Shown here: positions 52,413-64,000 of the stretch, in pieces | Numbering within the stretch: the stretch's first letter is position 1 | Layout: each line of letters starts with the position of its first letter | From: Trichinella spiralis | Lineage: Eukaryota | NCBI RefSeq assembly: GCF_000181795.1 | Contig: NW_003526941.1 | Location: 2,445,700-2,509,699 of the forward strand | Length of the DNA: 64,000 nt | Reading direction: 5' to 3' | The notes under the pieces: generated by a model | What the model saw: only the letters and a program-made list of their open reading frames with translations | Database searches by the model: none | Told to the model about the DNA's origin: nothing | Made by a program: the position numbers and the translations under genes

Positions 52413-54481
52413 ATGCTTTACACACGTCTGCTGTTCAGTCTGTGTGTCGTCACATGCTTAACTCCTGTTAGCCATCTGCAGCGTAAGTTTCAATTTCGTT
52501 TTCCAAAATCTTAGATTACTAACTACTTCTGTTGTAATAACAGCTTTATTTAAGCCATTTTAAATACCATTTCATTTCAACTATATCCCACTGTAAATTA
52601 ATCATAATTCATAATATTCTTTAACTGATATTGCTTTTTCATAGACTGAAATCAACTAAGACCAAAATTTCTAAACTCTGCTTTTGTTCTTCAAATAAGA
52701 TTGCTGGTTGCATTATTCTTGCAATTGTTTTGCTTAATCACAATGTATCAAATAATAATGATAATAATAAATTAATTAAATAAACTACATTCATTTTTGA
52801 AAATCATATTCATCACTCAAACAAAATTTAAATTTGAACAAAAAGTACAACATTAGAAGTGATATATTGAAAAAATTCTACTGAGTTATTCCGTATTATT
52901 CAACAATTCATAGTAATAATGAATTTCCAACACAACGATTAATGTTTGATTATTCGCTGAAAATTCAGTTTTAAAAATAATTTTTATAATGAAAACAAAT
53001 AATGATAAAAGTCCAGGAAGTTTTTCAATTTTTTAGAAACACGATTTGCTATCGTTATTTCAAACTGGAATGAATTACTGATAGAAAATTCACAAAAATA
53101 GTTTTTGAAGATATTTTTTGTCTTGTTTCGCCTCTTTTTAACTGCAGTTAGAAACAAGCAGCTTGTAAATAAGTTCTAGTATTTGAAAACTACTTTCAAA
53201 ATTAACCAATCAGCACTAAAAACGAAGTAGCAAGCATATTTTCACATCCGATCAATATCACTACATCTCATCACTATGATAAAAGAATCAAAATTACTGC
53301 AAACAAATAAATTATGCAGGAGTAAAAGTTGGACGATGTCCTGAACTGCCTGCAAGATATCCAACTCCACAACCACAATATGACCGATGCAGAGATGATT
53401 ATGACTGCGAATCAACGATGAAATGTTGCGAAAGTATCATTGGAAAAGTATGCATGATGCCTAAAGATTACGGTACATAAACCTTATTGCACAACTTTCG
53501 AAAAATCCAAACTTCCATTTTAATTAACTTTCATATATTCTATATTTGCTTTACGATTGCATCGACAGATCAAAGGGAAGTATGCAAGCAGCCGTATACC
53601 AAATGGGACAGTTGTGGCAGTGGGTGCATGATAACCTGTTACAACATCGGATGGCAACAACCGTGTCGACAGCCATGTCAACCTGGATGCACTTGCATAA
53701 GTGGCTTTGTGCGTTTATATCTGCATCCATATGCTCCATGTGTACCGCAGACCCACTGTCCCAACCAGAGAACAAGTAAAACTATTTAAAATTTGAATCC
53801 GATGTCCACTTAGATTAAAGTAATGCATAATAGCACGTACAAAATTCGGCGTTTGTCCGACTCTTCCTCATGGAGCCGAAATCGATTATCATAGGCGAAG
53901 AGACCGTTGCGGAACCGATTTTGATTGCTCTGGTTATATGAAATGCTGTGAGTCAATCATTGGCAAAGCCTGCATGCTCCCACTTTGTAAGCAAAACCAT
54001 TAAATTAAAACAATAATTTTCTTTTTTTTCTCACATTTTCCTAAGCTCGTCAAACTTCAGGCACGTGCCCGGATGGACAAAAAACGTCCATATTCTGTGA
54101 CGAGAGAGATTCATGCCCGTGGGGATATACATGCCGAAGCGGACTCTGCTGCCCAAATGCACAATGGCAAAGCCCTACTGCAACTTGGCCAGGACAAGTC
54201 ACAACGACTGCTGGTAACTGCCCACACTATGCTTACATAGGCACATGGGCTCAACTGGCACCTACCTGCTTTACTAACTCAAACTGTGCTTACAATCAAT
54301 TATGCTGTTACACGTATTTCGGCAACCGTTGCATCCAAGTTAGTCAGTTAGGTAAATTTCAAAATAATATCGTTAAAATCGTCAATTCAAAATCGGTCTT
54401 ATTATTTTAGCTATATCTTTAAGAAGCGCATCATCAAAAGACGATCGATCCGAATCATCAGAAGATGTTTCAGAAAACTGA
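52413..54481 (+). CDS. Secreted multi-domain protease-inhibitor-like protein: SP - WAP - TIL - WAP - CC-type Cys module - WAP; 6 exons
   Basis: Signal exon MLYTRLLFSLCVVTCLTPVSHLQ (52413-52482); KVGRCP..DRCRDDYDCESTMKCC..GKVC; TIL exon ~53569-53775; KFGVCP..DRCGTDFDCSGYMKCC; CPDG..CPWGYTC.SGLCC; AGNCP..CFTNSNCAYNQLCC. All introns phase 1; TGA 54479-54481. Confidence 0.85.
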
Positions 54482-55236
54482 TGACCAATACAGAAAGCAT
54501 AAATAAATTTCAAACTGCTCGCTATTAGTCAATCAATTAAAAGCTAAGATCAAAAAATAAAATTTTGAAAGTTCATGTTTGAAATTAAATTTAAAATATA
54601 ACTGTTTCTCAAGTACCCTATCATCTCAATATGCTGTTTTATGGTACGAAGCGATATGAAAACCTGACAAACAAAATTTCATTGTTCAACGCTTTCATTA
54701 GCAAAGAATATTAATTTGAAAAAAATGTTAGCATCAGCAAATTTAAAGCATATACAAATTGATAAATTTTTAAATTTAACAGTGACAAATTTCATAACAC
54801 CAATGGCAATAAGACTATGGATATGACGCTCATGTATTGATTTGTGCCTCTGTTAATAAATAATTAGAGCTTTCCATTTTATTTGAATATTAAGATTGGC
54901 AGTAAAATTGAATCCTGCTTGTTCGATTAACAACATTCTAAAAATCTTTTTTTACCAAACAAGCATTTCTTCACTATTTAAGGAATTTCAACTCTAAGTG
55001 CAAAATCAACACTGACATTAACTCTATGAATATGCCTTGTCAAAATGCACGCCTAAATCTAAAACCATTTCCACTAACCACTGCAAAGAATTACTCAACT
55101 GACAGATATGTGTCCGATGTAAGACAGTTACTATTATACCATATTGACAAATGAAAGATTTGTAAAATTTCATTTCTCACTCGTCTGCTTTGCAAGCACT
55201 GCTCAGTTCACTTTTCACCATAAACTCTCTACAAGC

Positions 55237-57101
55237 ATGAATATGAATATCCAACTGTTCCTAATCTTGACAGCAATTTCGACGATCTGTGAAGCATCAT
55301 ACTATTTTCATAAGCCATATCGCCTCCCACGCATAAAAGACTCAAACTCTATAATCTACAGACAGATATCAAATAAAATGCTCTTCAACAAAGCAATGTT
55401 TGTCCAAATGAAAAACAAGCAAACAAAGATGTAAGTTGAAAATATTTAAAATAACTATTCAGTAATGAAACTTCTTTGTTAAAATTTTAAATTAAATTTC
55501 ATATGTTAAAAATTAAATCGGTATTTAACTGAAAAATAATAATTAATTTTTTCAAAATAAGTGTGGATTTTCACATTCCAAAAGGAAATTCTACCATGTA
55601 CGTAACCGTCAGTCCATGCGGTGGTGCTGTTCGTTGGAAGCTCACCAATTTACCAGTCAGCACACTTAATAACAAACCAAGTAGAAACATCTATCATACT
55701 GATGCCCTATTTAAGTTGATAAAACATATAATTTCAGCGTTAAGCTTCTACATAAGAAAACAAAACTACAATCTTCAAAATGTCTTCAAAGAATCATACT
55801 ATTCTGATAGTTTGTATGAATATGAAGAAACGCTTTACAAAAATGCCGGTGAAAAGCAAATGAATTACGTGAGCCACAAAGCTTCAATTTTGCACCTTCG
55901 TTTATATCTCACTGGTTTGAGAAGTATTTGCAAAGTGGAAATATATTTTGGTACTACTCCTGCAGAAAAGCGTCCATTTTTCCAACTTTTCCATCTGACA
56001 CAACCAAAGATCGACAATGTTCAAAGTAAATCAGCAACTCTAAGTTGGCAGCCCAGCATATCTGCTTTTCTGTACACGGGCGGTCGTCTGGTTTACGTAA
56101 TTGCGCTGAGTACTGTTCGACCGTTTGCCACTTTGTGCGATTTGGAAACAGATCTGAAATTAGACCGCGTCGATTTACTCGAACACCGGCGCCAAGAACA
56201 TGTTGCTCATCGCTTAATACCGCAACATCACAGCGGTGCCGTTCGTTCACTGACTGTACTCGATGCTGCCAGACCGGCAAAACTTCAACTAATCAGCTTG
56301 CAACAAAATACAAACTATTATGTCAATGTATTTGCGTTAGATTTAAATACAGGAGAAAATATTGCATACGATACTGTAAGTTTCACTACAACATCTGAAA
56401 ATCAAGTCAGCCAGCACCGGCTGGTCTCTTCAATAACTGAAGCGCAGCTTCAAACAGGATATCTTGGCCCATCCAGAGTTGCTTTTAAGGTATATCAATT
56501 TTCTGCACCTGTCGCCATTTCTGAACTGTACATTCTCATCCAACCTTGCACTGGTCCACTGCAAGCAGCTATTTATCAAGATGGTCAAAAAACATTGCAC
56601 TATTCGATCGAAGAATTGCAAACGATCAATTTGACTGATGTCAACGCGGGAATTGTACAAATACAAATTGCAAATGACGACAATCAAGCAAAAATGTTCA
56701 ACATTTGGGCATCGAATAACTTGTCCGCTTATCCTTATCCAAAATTACCATACGATACTAGCATAACAGTAACGGAACGTAAATGCGACAGTGTGCAACT
56801 AAGCTGGCTAGCTTCTACCGATGCACATGTGTACTGCTTATATAAAAGACTGCAACGCTTTGATTATTTCCAACAGTTGATTTTGGAAGATTGGAATATG
56901 TGTCAACAACCGGATAAAAATTTACAACCACTTTTTTGTAACCGATTCAGAGGAAATCATTACCGAAATGAAATACTTATTCAAGAAATTGCTGCTTTGA
57001 AACCCGCCACAACATATCGCTTTGATCTATTTGTGTCAAAACATAGCCGACCATCTTTAGCTTATAGAACTGTTTGGGTGAAAACGAGAACTTTCTGTTA
57101 A
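55237..57101 (+). CDS. NDNF: NDNF/Nord-family secreted fibronectin type III protein, 2 exons
   Basis: Signal MNMNIQLFLILTAISTICEA; VTVSPCGGAVRW, YYVNVFA, IQPCTG, PYPKLPYDTSI, CDSVQLSW, LKPATTYRFD and C-terminal VWVKTRTFC. Confidence 0.85.
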
Positions 57102-58555
57102 ATTCACTCATAATACTTTAGTGAAGAAATGTCATGACATAGATACATTTCAATTTAATATTTTTAGATTATAACAATAAACCAACAATACTGAATTTGA
57201 ATTTTTCAATAAAAATGTCATTAATAAAATTAAAATTTGGTTATGCAATACATTTTAAAATATTAATCAGAGAAAAAATGTTTCTCATTAAAATTGATCT
57301 AATTCATTAATTTAGATGATGACTCAGAGCACAACATGTCAATATGTCAAAAAAGGTCAAACATTAAAAAAAGCACTTACCTTCACAAAGTGTAGTCAGA
57401 AAATTTGAAAAATTTCTTGCCATTTTCTTTACGATGGAATCTACAAAAAGTATAAGTGAATACTACTGCATTTAAGAATGCTCAATGCAAAGCAATCAAA
57501 CAGTTAAACATAGCAAGTCCCTCGTTGTATTTTTTAGTATTGATTGATAATTCTTAATTATTAAACAATTACACGTAAATATTTTCATAACAGCCTAACA
57601 TAATTTCATTACTAACAAAATGACGCCGTCAAAAACGTTTACAATACGTAATGAAAACTTGTTGCTTTTTTAATTTTTCGCAACTATATACATGCAGACA
57701 ACACTATTACATATACATACTTAAATATTCACTTATATGGAACATTAACATTGTCTTTTCTTTCATATATATAAAATTCATCCATTTATTAACTTTCAAC
57801 GAAACAATTTCAATCTTCATACAAGCGCAATACCAAGCATAATGAAGGTCTAGATTACAGTAATCCTTAAGAAAAACAAGTTAAGTTACTTCAAAAATAA
57901 GTTTTTAAAAAGTGTCACAGTACAATTGTATACATCTAATTTTTTGTCATATTGTGATTAGAACAAAATTATGGTTTTAATTTTTATTTAAAGTAAATAT
58001 ATATTTTGATTTTAATTTGCTCATTTTACATAACGTCATCTTGAAAATTCTCTTAAACTGTCTTGTTATAAACATATACATATTTATAAATATGTATGAG
58101 TGTGTGCGTATGTGTGTAATTAGTAGCACCGTAATTAAACCAAGTTTTTAACTTTTATGCTCTGTTTACATGGATAACAGTAATTATTACAATCTACTAA
58201 GCAAATTTTCAAAAAAAATAATTCAAAAACCTTCACATTTCATAATAAAGTGTTTATATTAGAAAAATTTAATCTTTTTAAATTATATTTTGAATAATCA
58301 TTTAGTTTGAACGCTACATTTTGTAAAATTCAACATGTGACCTACATTTAAAAAATTCAAATCTGTTAATTAAAAAGATTTTTAATTTATAAATATTTTA
58401 AATATTTAACATGAGTTTATAAATAAATATGATGTTTAAATGATAGATAAGTTTGAAATTTTTATTATTCTCGACATTTGTTCAAATTGCACCTGCATTT
58501 CACATTTTAACTTTACGAAAGATCAGGTCGTTTAGTGTTGTTTTAAAACGAAGAT

Positions 58556-61500
58556 TTGGGAGAGTACGGTGCTGACAGACTGAACAGTGATTTTCTCAGA
58601 ACGATTTCGCTGTGGGTTAACAAGTACCTTCGGCGATCCCGCACCCAAGAGATGGACTCGCCACCAAATCCACTCGTTCTTTCCGGTCTTCGTTCGTTGC
58701 TTTACACGTTTGCTGATGGCGTGACCTTCACTGTGCCGATGTAAATTGAGATTTTTATTTATTTATTTGTATATTTGTTTTCTTTTTGATTTATTATTTT
58801 AGATTTCTACACAAGGCCTTCAGTGTTCTCGAAGCTCATTATTTGACCACCGAGGGAATTTTCAGAAAACCTGGGATCGCTAGTAAATTACGGGTTCTGA
58901 AGGTATTGTGTTTCGCTTTTCTACCATTACATCAAACTAGGAGTTGTTTGTTGCTCTAGAATTGTTTTAACGCAAGCTCAGCCCTGGAGCTCAATTTCAA
59001 GATTGAAGAGGTGTCTCCGTTTGATCTTTGTGATCTTATCAAACTTTTCCTCCGCGAAATTGACGAGCCTATTTTAACTTGGGGTCTGCAGCCTCAGTTT
59101 TTGCAATTTGCCGACTTGAATACACCACGCGATGTTCGAACCAAATGCCTTTTGCAGCTATGCCATGCGCTGCCTCCTCGTCACAAAGAGACGCTGGCAT
59201 TTATAATGCGATTTCTTAAAATGGTTTTTGGTTTTTTCTTCAGATAATCCATGCATGTGGTTTAGCACTTTAATGCTGATTTTCAGATTTCAAATTCTTC
59301 TGCATACAACAAGATGGATGTTAAGAATTTGGCAACCGTATTTGTTCCTTGCATTTTTCGTGAATCTGCCAAGGCGCGCCCAGTGAAACATGGTCAAGCT
59401 CTGCTTGACGAATTGGCCGCATCGAAAAATGATATTGCTTTGAAAGTGGATGTGCTTGAGATGCTCATACAAAATGCAGATAGTATTGGTAATGGGTTTC
59501 GATTGTTTTATTTTTATTGATTTTGTTTTCAGTGTTATTTCTCTCATTAAGGAGTGCTGTCTGAGCAAGAAAGAGCAATTTTGGCTGCTGAATCATCTGA
59601 CAAACTAAACGACGATTTGAACATTTTGAAACGTTCAGCGAAAAAAGCTGCTTCAAAAGTGTTGGTACGATCACGAAATTCTCTATCTGGAAATCGAAAT
59701 TCACAGATCTATCGTCGATCTGTTCAGCCAAAATTGTAATTAATTTTTCAAATATGGATTTATAATAGTAATTTGTTTTTATTTTACAGAAAAAGTGCTG
59801 AATCAATTGAACGTCATGAAAGAATAAAAGGTAATTGTACGATTTTTTTCTCTCAGTTGTTGTAGGTGACGTTTTCTTCAGCATGTCATAGTTGTTTATT
59901 TGATTGTTATGTCACATTCTTTGTACTTGATTTTATTTTAAATGGCATTTACAAGTAAGTTTTTTAAAAACTGTGATGTCCATTTGAAGAAAGAATATTT
60001 AAGAGAAGTAAGTTTTCCGTTAGTGAAATTGTCCTTCACCTTAAAAATTATGTGGACGACATTTAAACGGCCGAATGAACGCCGCTGACGAGGATTGATC
60101 AAAATTGCCCAGGGCTAACAAGCGTAGGATGTGTAATATGTCAGTGGCACTCTGAATTGGCTGTATTTTTCATCATGTTGTCTTGCTGGTTTGTTCATCA
60201 TCATTGAAAAATGAGATCAACATGCTGATGAGTGGGGGTCGTTAAATTTATGAAAGTAATAGTTAGTAGTAACATAATATACATATATATATTTCACGGT
60301 GCTGAACCCCTCTTAGAAATGACTATTATTACAAGGTTGTGTTTAATTGTAGTTTTTATCGCTTTTAAAATTATTTGTAAATGGGTTAATTTCATAAATG
60401 AATTTTCTTCGGTTATCAAGATGTTAAAATGAACTATTTTTGCATATTCTATTTGTGGTGATGATGATTATAGTATTGTTTACATGTTGAACAGTTTCAG
60501 GATCGCGAATTACTGAACCATACAAAAGGCGATCTGTGTGTTCGTTGGAAAAAAGTCAAGGTTTATCAGATAAAGGGGAAAATGGGATCATCCGTCAGAA
60601 TAGATGCTTGGAAGAAAAGCACGTCAAACCAATGGTATGACAGCGGTTAGAAATGGATAATTTTTGTGTTGTTTGAATTATTAATTAGTCGGTTGATTTG
60701 TATTTCAGCGAAGCAGCATGTTCGAAACGATGATGTATTCTTCAGCTTTCACAGAAGGTGTAGCCGCGACCAGCGGTGCCGTCGAAGAACAATGCACAAC
60801 ATCCGCTCCAATCGTGCGCACAAGTTCTTTGCCGGATCGGAAAGTCATCTCCATTTCCACAGAGAATCGTGAATCGGTGAAAGTGAATAAAGCAGAAAGT
60901 GAACTTGTTCGAGCGGAGCCAGTTCAAACAGTTTTGGTAAAATTTCAATTTTCAACGATCAAAAGAAAAATTATTGGTTGCAACGTTTGTAGCGTGGAAC
61001 GACGGTTCAATTTATGAGCAGCGACAACGAGCTACAAGATGCTTACGGTAAGCAGTCGTGCTTGTACGAGGAATTGTCATCAGCGTTGGACAATTTTGCT
61101 AAAACAATCAACGTGGGCGCGGTGAAATCGCCCGTCGAACGTATGGAAGTGTGCACAGAAGAGGAGAAGAAGAAGAAGAAGAACGTTGATGATGGGAAGG
61201 AAAAAGAGGCGCGGCTGCCACGGTGCATCAGTGCACCAGTGGAATCGGTTCCTCAGGTGGGCGGCACGTTTGCCAAAAAGCGTAACACCAGTTTGGGAGC
61301 GTCGAAATTACGTCGTGGCATGCCGAATTCGCTGAAATCAGGACTACGCGAACCGAAAACCCCCTTCTCTTCGCCGCTGAAAAGCCAGCAACAAGCCAAC
61401 ATGATGCGATCGTCGTCGTCGTCGAACAATTTGGACAAGAAGAACAATTTGGTCGTGGTTGGTGTTGATCAGCAGGAACAGAATTTGGAAATCGAAAGCA

Positions 61501-61928
61501 AAGAGAACATCATCCAACCGACGAAACCGTCGTCGATCAACATGGATATTGTGGAAGATGACGAATTCAAAGATTCGGATACCAAAAAGCAAATCATCCT
61601 TCAGCAGATCAATCCGGACGACGATCCGGCCAGTGAAGTTGGGTTCTGTATACGCCCCAGTGTGAATTTCATTCGAGAGCATCGCAAAGGGCATGTGCGT
61701 AGCAAAATTCAAGAATTCACCGACAGAGAATCCCGTTTGGAATTTGTCGGCGAAGAAGCGGATTCCTCTTCAGTAATTGGTCAATCGCCGGCCGAAGTGT
61801 CCAAACGTGCTACTGCTACTACTACTACTACTTCCAAGCCGACTGCAACTCGTAAGCCGTCGTCGACATCTGGCAACAACAACAACAAAGGTTGCTCGTT
61901 GAACATTAAATTTTCTGCTTGTTTTTAA
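58556..61928 (+). CDS. Rho GTPase-activating protein (N-terminal RhoGAP domain, long disordered tail; possibly ARHGAP11/RGA-3/4-like); true start and last exon uncertain
   Basis: EGIFRKPG arginine finger, DLCDLIKLFLREIDEPIL, LPPRHKETLAFIMRFL and NKMDVKNLATVFVPCIF; exons join in frame through to the 61014-61928 ORF. Confidence 0.85.
60017..60339 (+). ncRNA. Candidate structured intronic RNA in RhoGAP intron 59831-60500
   Basis: Several hand-found stems containing G-U pairs on the sense strand: 60017-21/60066-70, 60081-89/60140-48, 60170-85/60212-31, 60255-65/60320-30. Family not established. Confidence 0.4.
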
Positions 61929-62467
61929 ACGTTTTTCCATTCCTTATATTTTACATTACTTATTTATCATCATCACAATCAGTCAGCAGTGATTGGAACG
62001 TTTCCTCTTCAGTTCCTCAGTGTTAAATAATATATACATATTTATTTATTTATTTACTTACGCACAGTTTCTATGTCTGACCAGGACGTTACGTTGTTTG
62101 TTTCATTATTCGCCCGTGAAATAGTTTCTTTTGTTTGTTTCTCACAGATGCAATAAACTAAAATTGAGGCGAAATCGTCATTTATTATTATTATTAATAT
62201 TTACGTAAGCTAAAGAAACTACTTGACTTGTCCAGAGACTTACTTCACTACACGCTACACGAAAACCACAGCACACCTTCAGCAAAGTTGAGAAGCTTAA
62301 AAGAAAATTAAAAAAAAATTGACGATAAAAGCAAAAGAAAATAACATTAAATGTTTTTTTCCAGCTTAGCTTCACAGTTTTTTGTTCAATTTATTCACGC
62401 TGTCAAACAAACAGCTTGTGTTTCAAATTATCATTTATCAAATGCTGCTAATCAATCGTGTCGTCCG

Positions 62468-64000
62468 TCACCCAGTGCGTTTGTGAGCACGCTGGACGAG
62501 TTGCAGTTTGGAATTTTGACGGTCGCTTGTAGGTTGAATGCTGGAATATGGCTGCTCTTTGGTACCGTGCAACATCAACGTCCACCGATTGATCCACCCT
62601 GCTTGTCTGTTGGGTCCCTGAAGTTTGGAAAGATAATGGTACAAACATCACAGTTATTTAAGAAAAAAAATACCGCCTTACTTGGAATCGAACTACAAGA
62701 CGCCACGTTCCAGACGAACCCTCTCCCCATGTATGCGTAGTCATGAACGGCCAGTTGGTGAAACCGTCGGTATGGTCGTCGTCTTTCGGTCGACGGCTCA
62801 ATATCATCGACTGGGTGCCGGCCGGGCTGATCAAGTACAACGTCACGTCACCACGCCGAGTGCTGTTCAAACTGACCACTGCCTGGACATGTTCCAAATA
62901 GTTCACCTCAGTTTCTGTACCACGGCACGCGTTCGTGTCAATTTCCAACACCAAAGTTCCACTGGATGGAATTCGACTGGAAAACAAAACGGAAAAATCA
63001 AATGCACGAAAACATCTCAAAAATAAAAATGCTTTCAAATTAACTGAGGTTCCCAAATGCTGCCAGCGTCGCAGTGGAATCTAGCCGGAACCGTCTGCCA
63101 CGCTTTGGCCAATATGACCATCTCGGCTGCATCCAGAACACCAAAACCGAACAAATGATTGAATTCCAATCCCACGCCATTCACTTGCCATTCAAAATGA
63201 CTGCAGTTCTAAAAGTTGAACTTTCAAAATGGATAAAATTCAACACCCTCATCCCTTATTATTTATCACACATTCATCATACATAGTTACAACGTACGAA
63301 ATGAGAAAAGCAATCACAAAAGCTTGTGCATCACTTGAGAAAAGTTAAACAGCTGACAATAATAAATAAACAGATATAGATATATACGGAAATTTAAATA
63401 AATTCACTTACATCCCGACTAGAACGATGCATTTTACGAACACCTGGTATGCGCAAATCAACAATTTCTCGACAACGACCATCAAATAAAGAATTTCGAT
63501 TGGACGTAAGTACAGTGAGATGTTGCAAATCGCGCCAAGTCAATTTTGGACTAAATAATTTTTCATTTTCATAAAGTAACGAAGCAACAGCTAAAGTTAC
63601 TTTGCTTCTAAAGCTAAAGCAAACACGCCCGCAGCTTCCGGTGCAGCGGCCGACGTCCCACTGTGACTTTTAGTACATTGGCCGTATAAATCGGTGGTGG
63701 TGACGCCAGTTTCACGGTTCTTTCCACCGTTGCTAAAAGTCGATGCCAGTGTGGAGCTGCAACTTTCGTCGTAGTGGGCATTTTCGCCATTATTAATGGC
63801 AGAATTGATGGATATTGTCCACATGCTTGATGCGTAGCCGTCGCAATTGCAATCGTCGTCTTCGCCACCATCGCCAGATGCCCAAACAAAAATATTACCC
63901 AAACCGTGCCGACCCTGAATCAAAAAAGAACAAAAATACCAATTGGAAATTATTGATAAAAAATAATATAATCTAACTTCATTCACGCCTTTAAACAATG
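62468..64000 (-). CDS. egl-3: Prohormone convertase 2 (neuroendocrine subtilase), 3' part; runs off the window end
   Basis: PC2-specific WASGDGG oxyanion Asp, [35 protein letters not shown]-domain EHVQ/RRGD and [14 protein letters not shown] at 62468-62470. Confidence 0.95.

Noticed and set aside
11919..57865. Recurrent TACAGTA/TACTGTA heptamer in intergenic DNA
   Set aside because: My rough count is close to what this AT-rich composition predicts; a proper background test would be needed.
63978..64000. Possible extra T in PC2 (ATT GTT T AAA GGC versus the expected IVKG)
   Set aside because: It can also read LFKG in frame, and the window ends before the frame can be verified.
1..64000. CRISPR arrays, tRNA/rRNA genes, transposase or RT ORFs, U12-type introns
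   Set aside because: None was recognised; I saw no (G/A)TATCCTT donors at the junctions I traced.

Overview
This is AT-rich eukaryotic genomic DNA with dense genes and very short (about 45-130 nt) GT-AG introns. Gene content, intron style and operon-like spacing suggest a clade I parasitic nematode such as Trichinella (inference). The first ~3.9 kb is a ~2 kb sequence present twice around a 10-N gap, and the first copy decays into a low-quality read tail. About 22 protein genes follow, reconstructed by hand from splice sites: rab-19, CENP-X/MHF2, Bud32/TP53RK, an F-box/WD40 protein, a fused MogA-MoeA gephyrin, a 7-exon TIL protease-inhibitor array, CRIPT, PP5, two orphan secreted proteins, ISCA1, TFIIA large subunit, eIF3L, PPP1R37, a VGLL4/Tgi-like protein, B9D1 with an X-box, a secreted Cys-module protein, a triple-GH18 chitinase-like protein, SIAH, a WAP/TIL inhibitor, NDNF, a RhoGAP and the 3' part of prohormone convertase PC2. 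Points of most interest: (1) a long, structured RhoGAP intron containing a hammerhead-like motif, a bantam/miR-58-seed hairpin and H/ACA-like boxes; (2) four GC-AG introns required by reading frame; (3) a TEAD-like motif cluster upstream of the VGLL4-like gene; (4) a secreted orphan with a PPxY motif; (5) intronless genes placed as downstream members of apparent operons. All family calls come from recognised motifs, not database searches.
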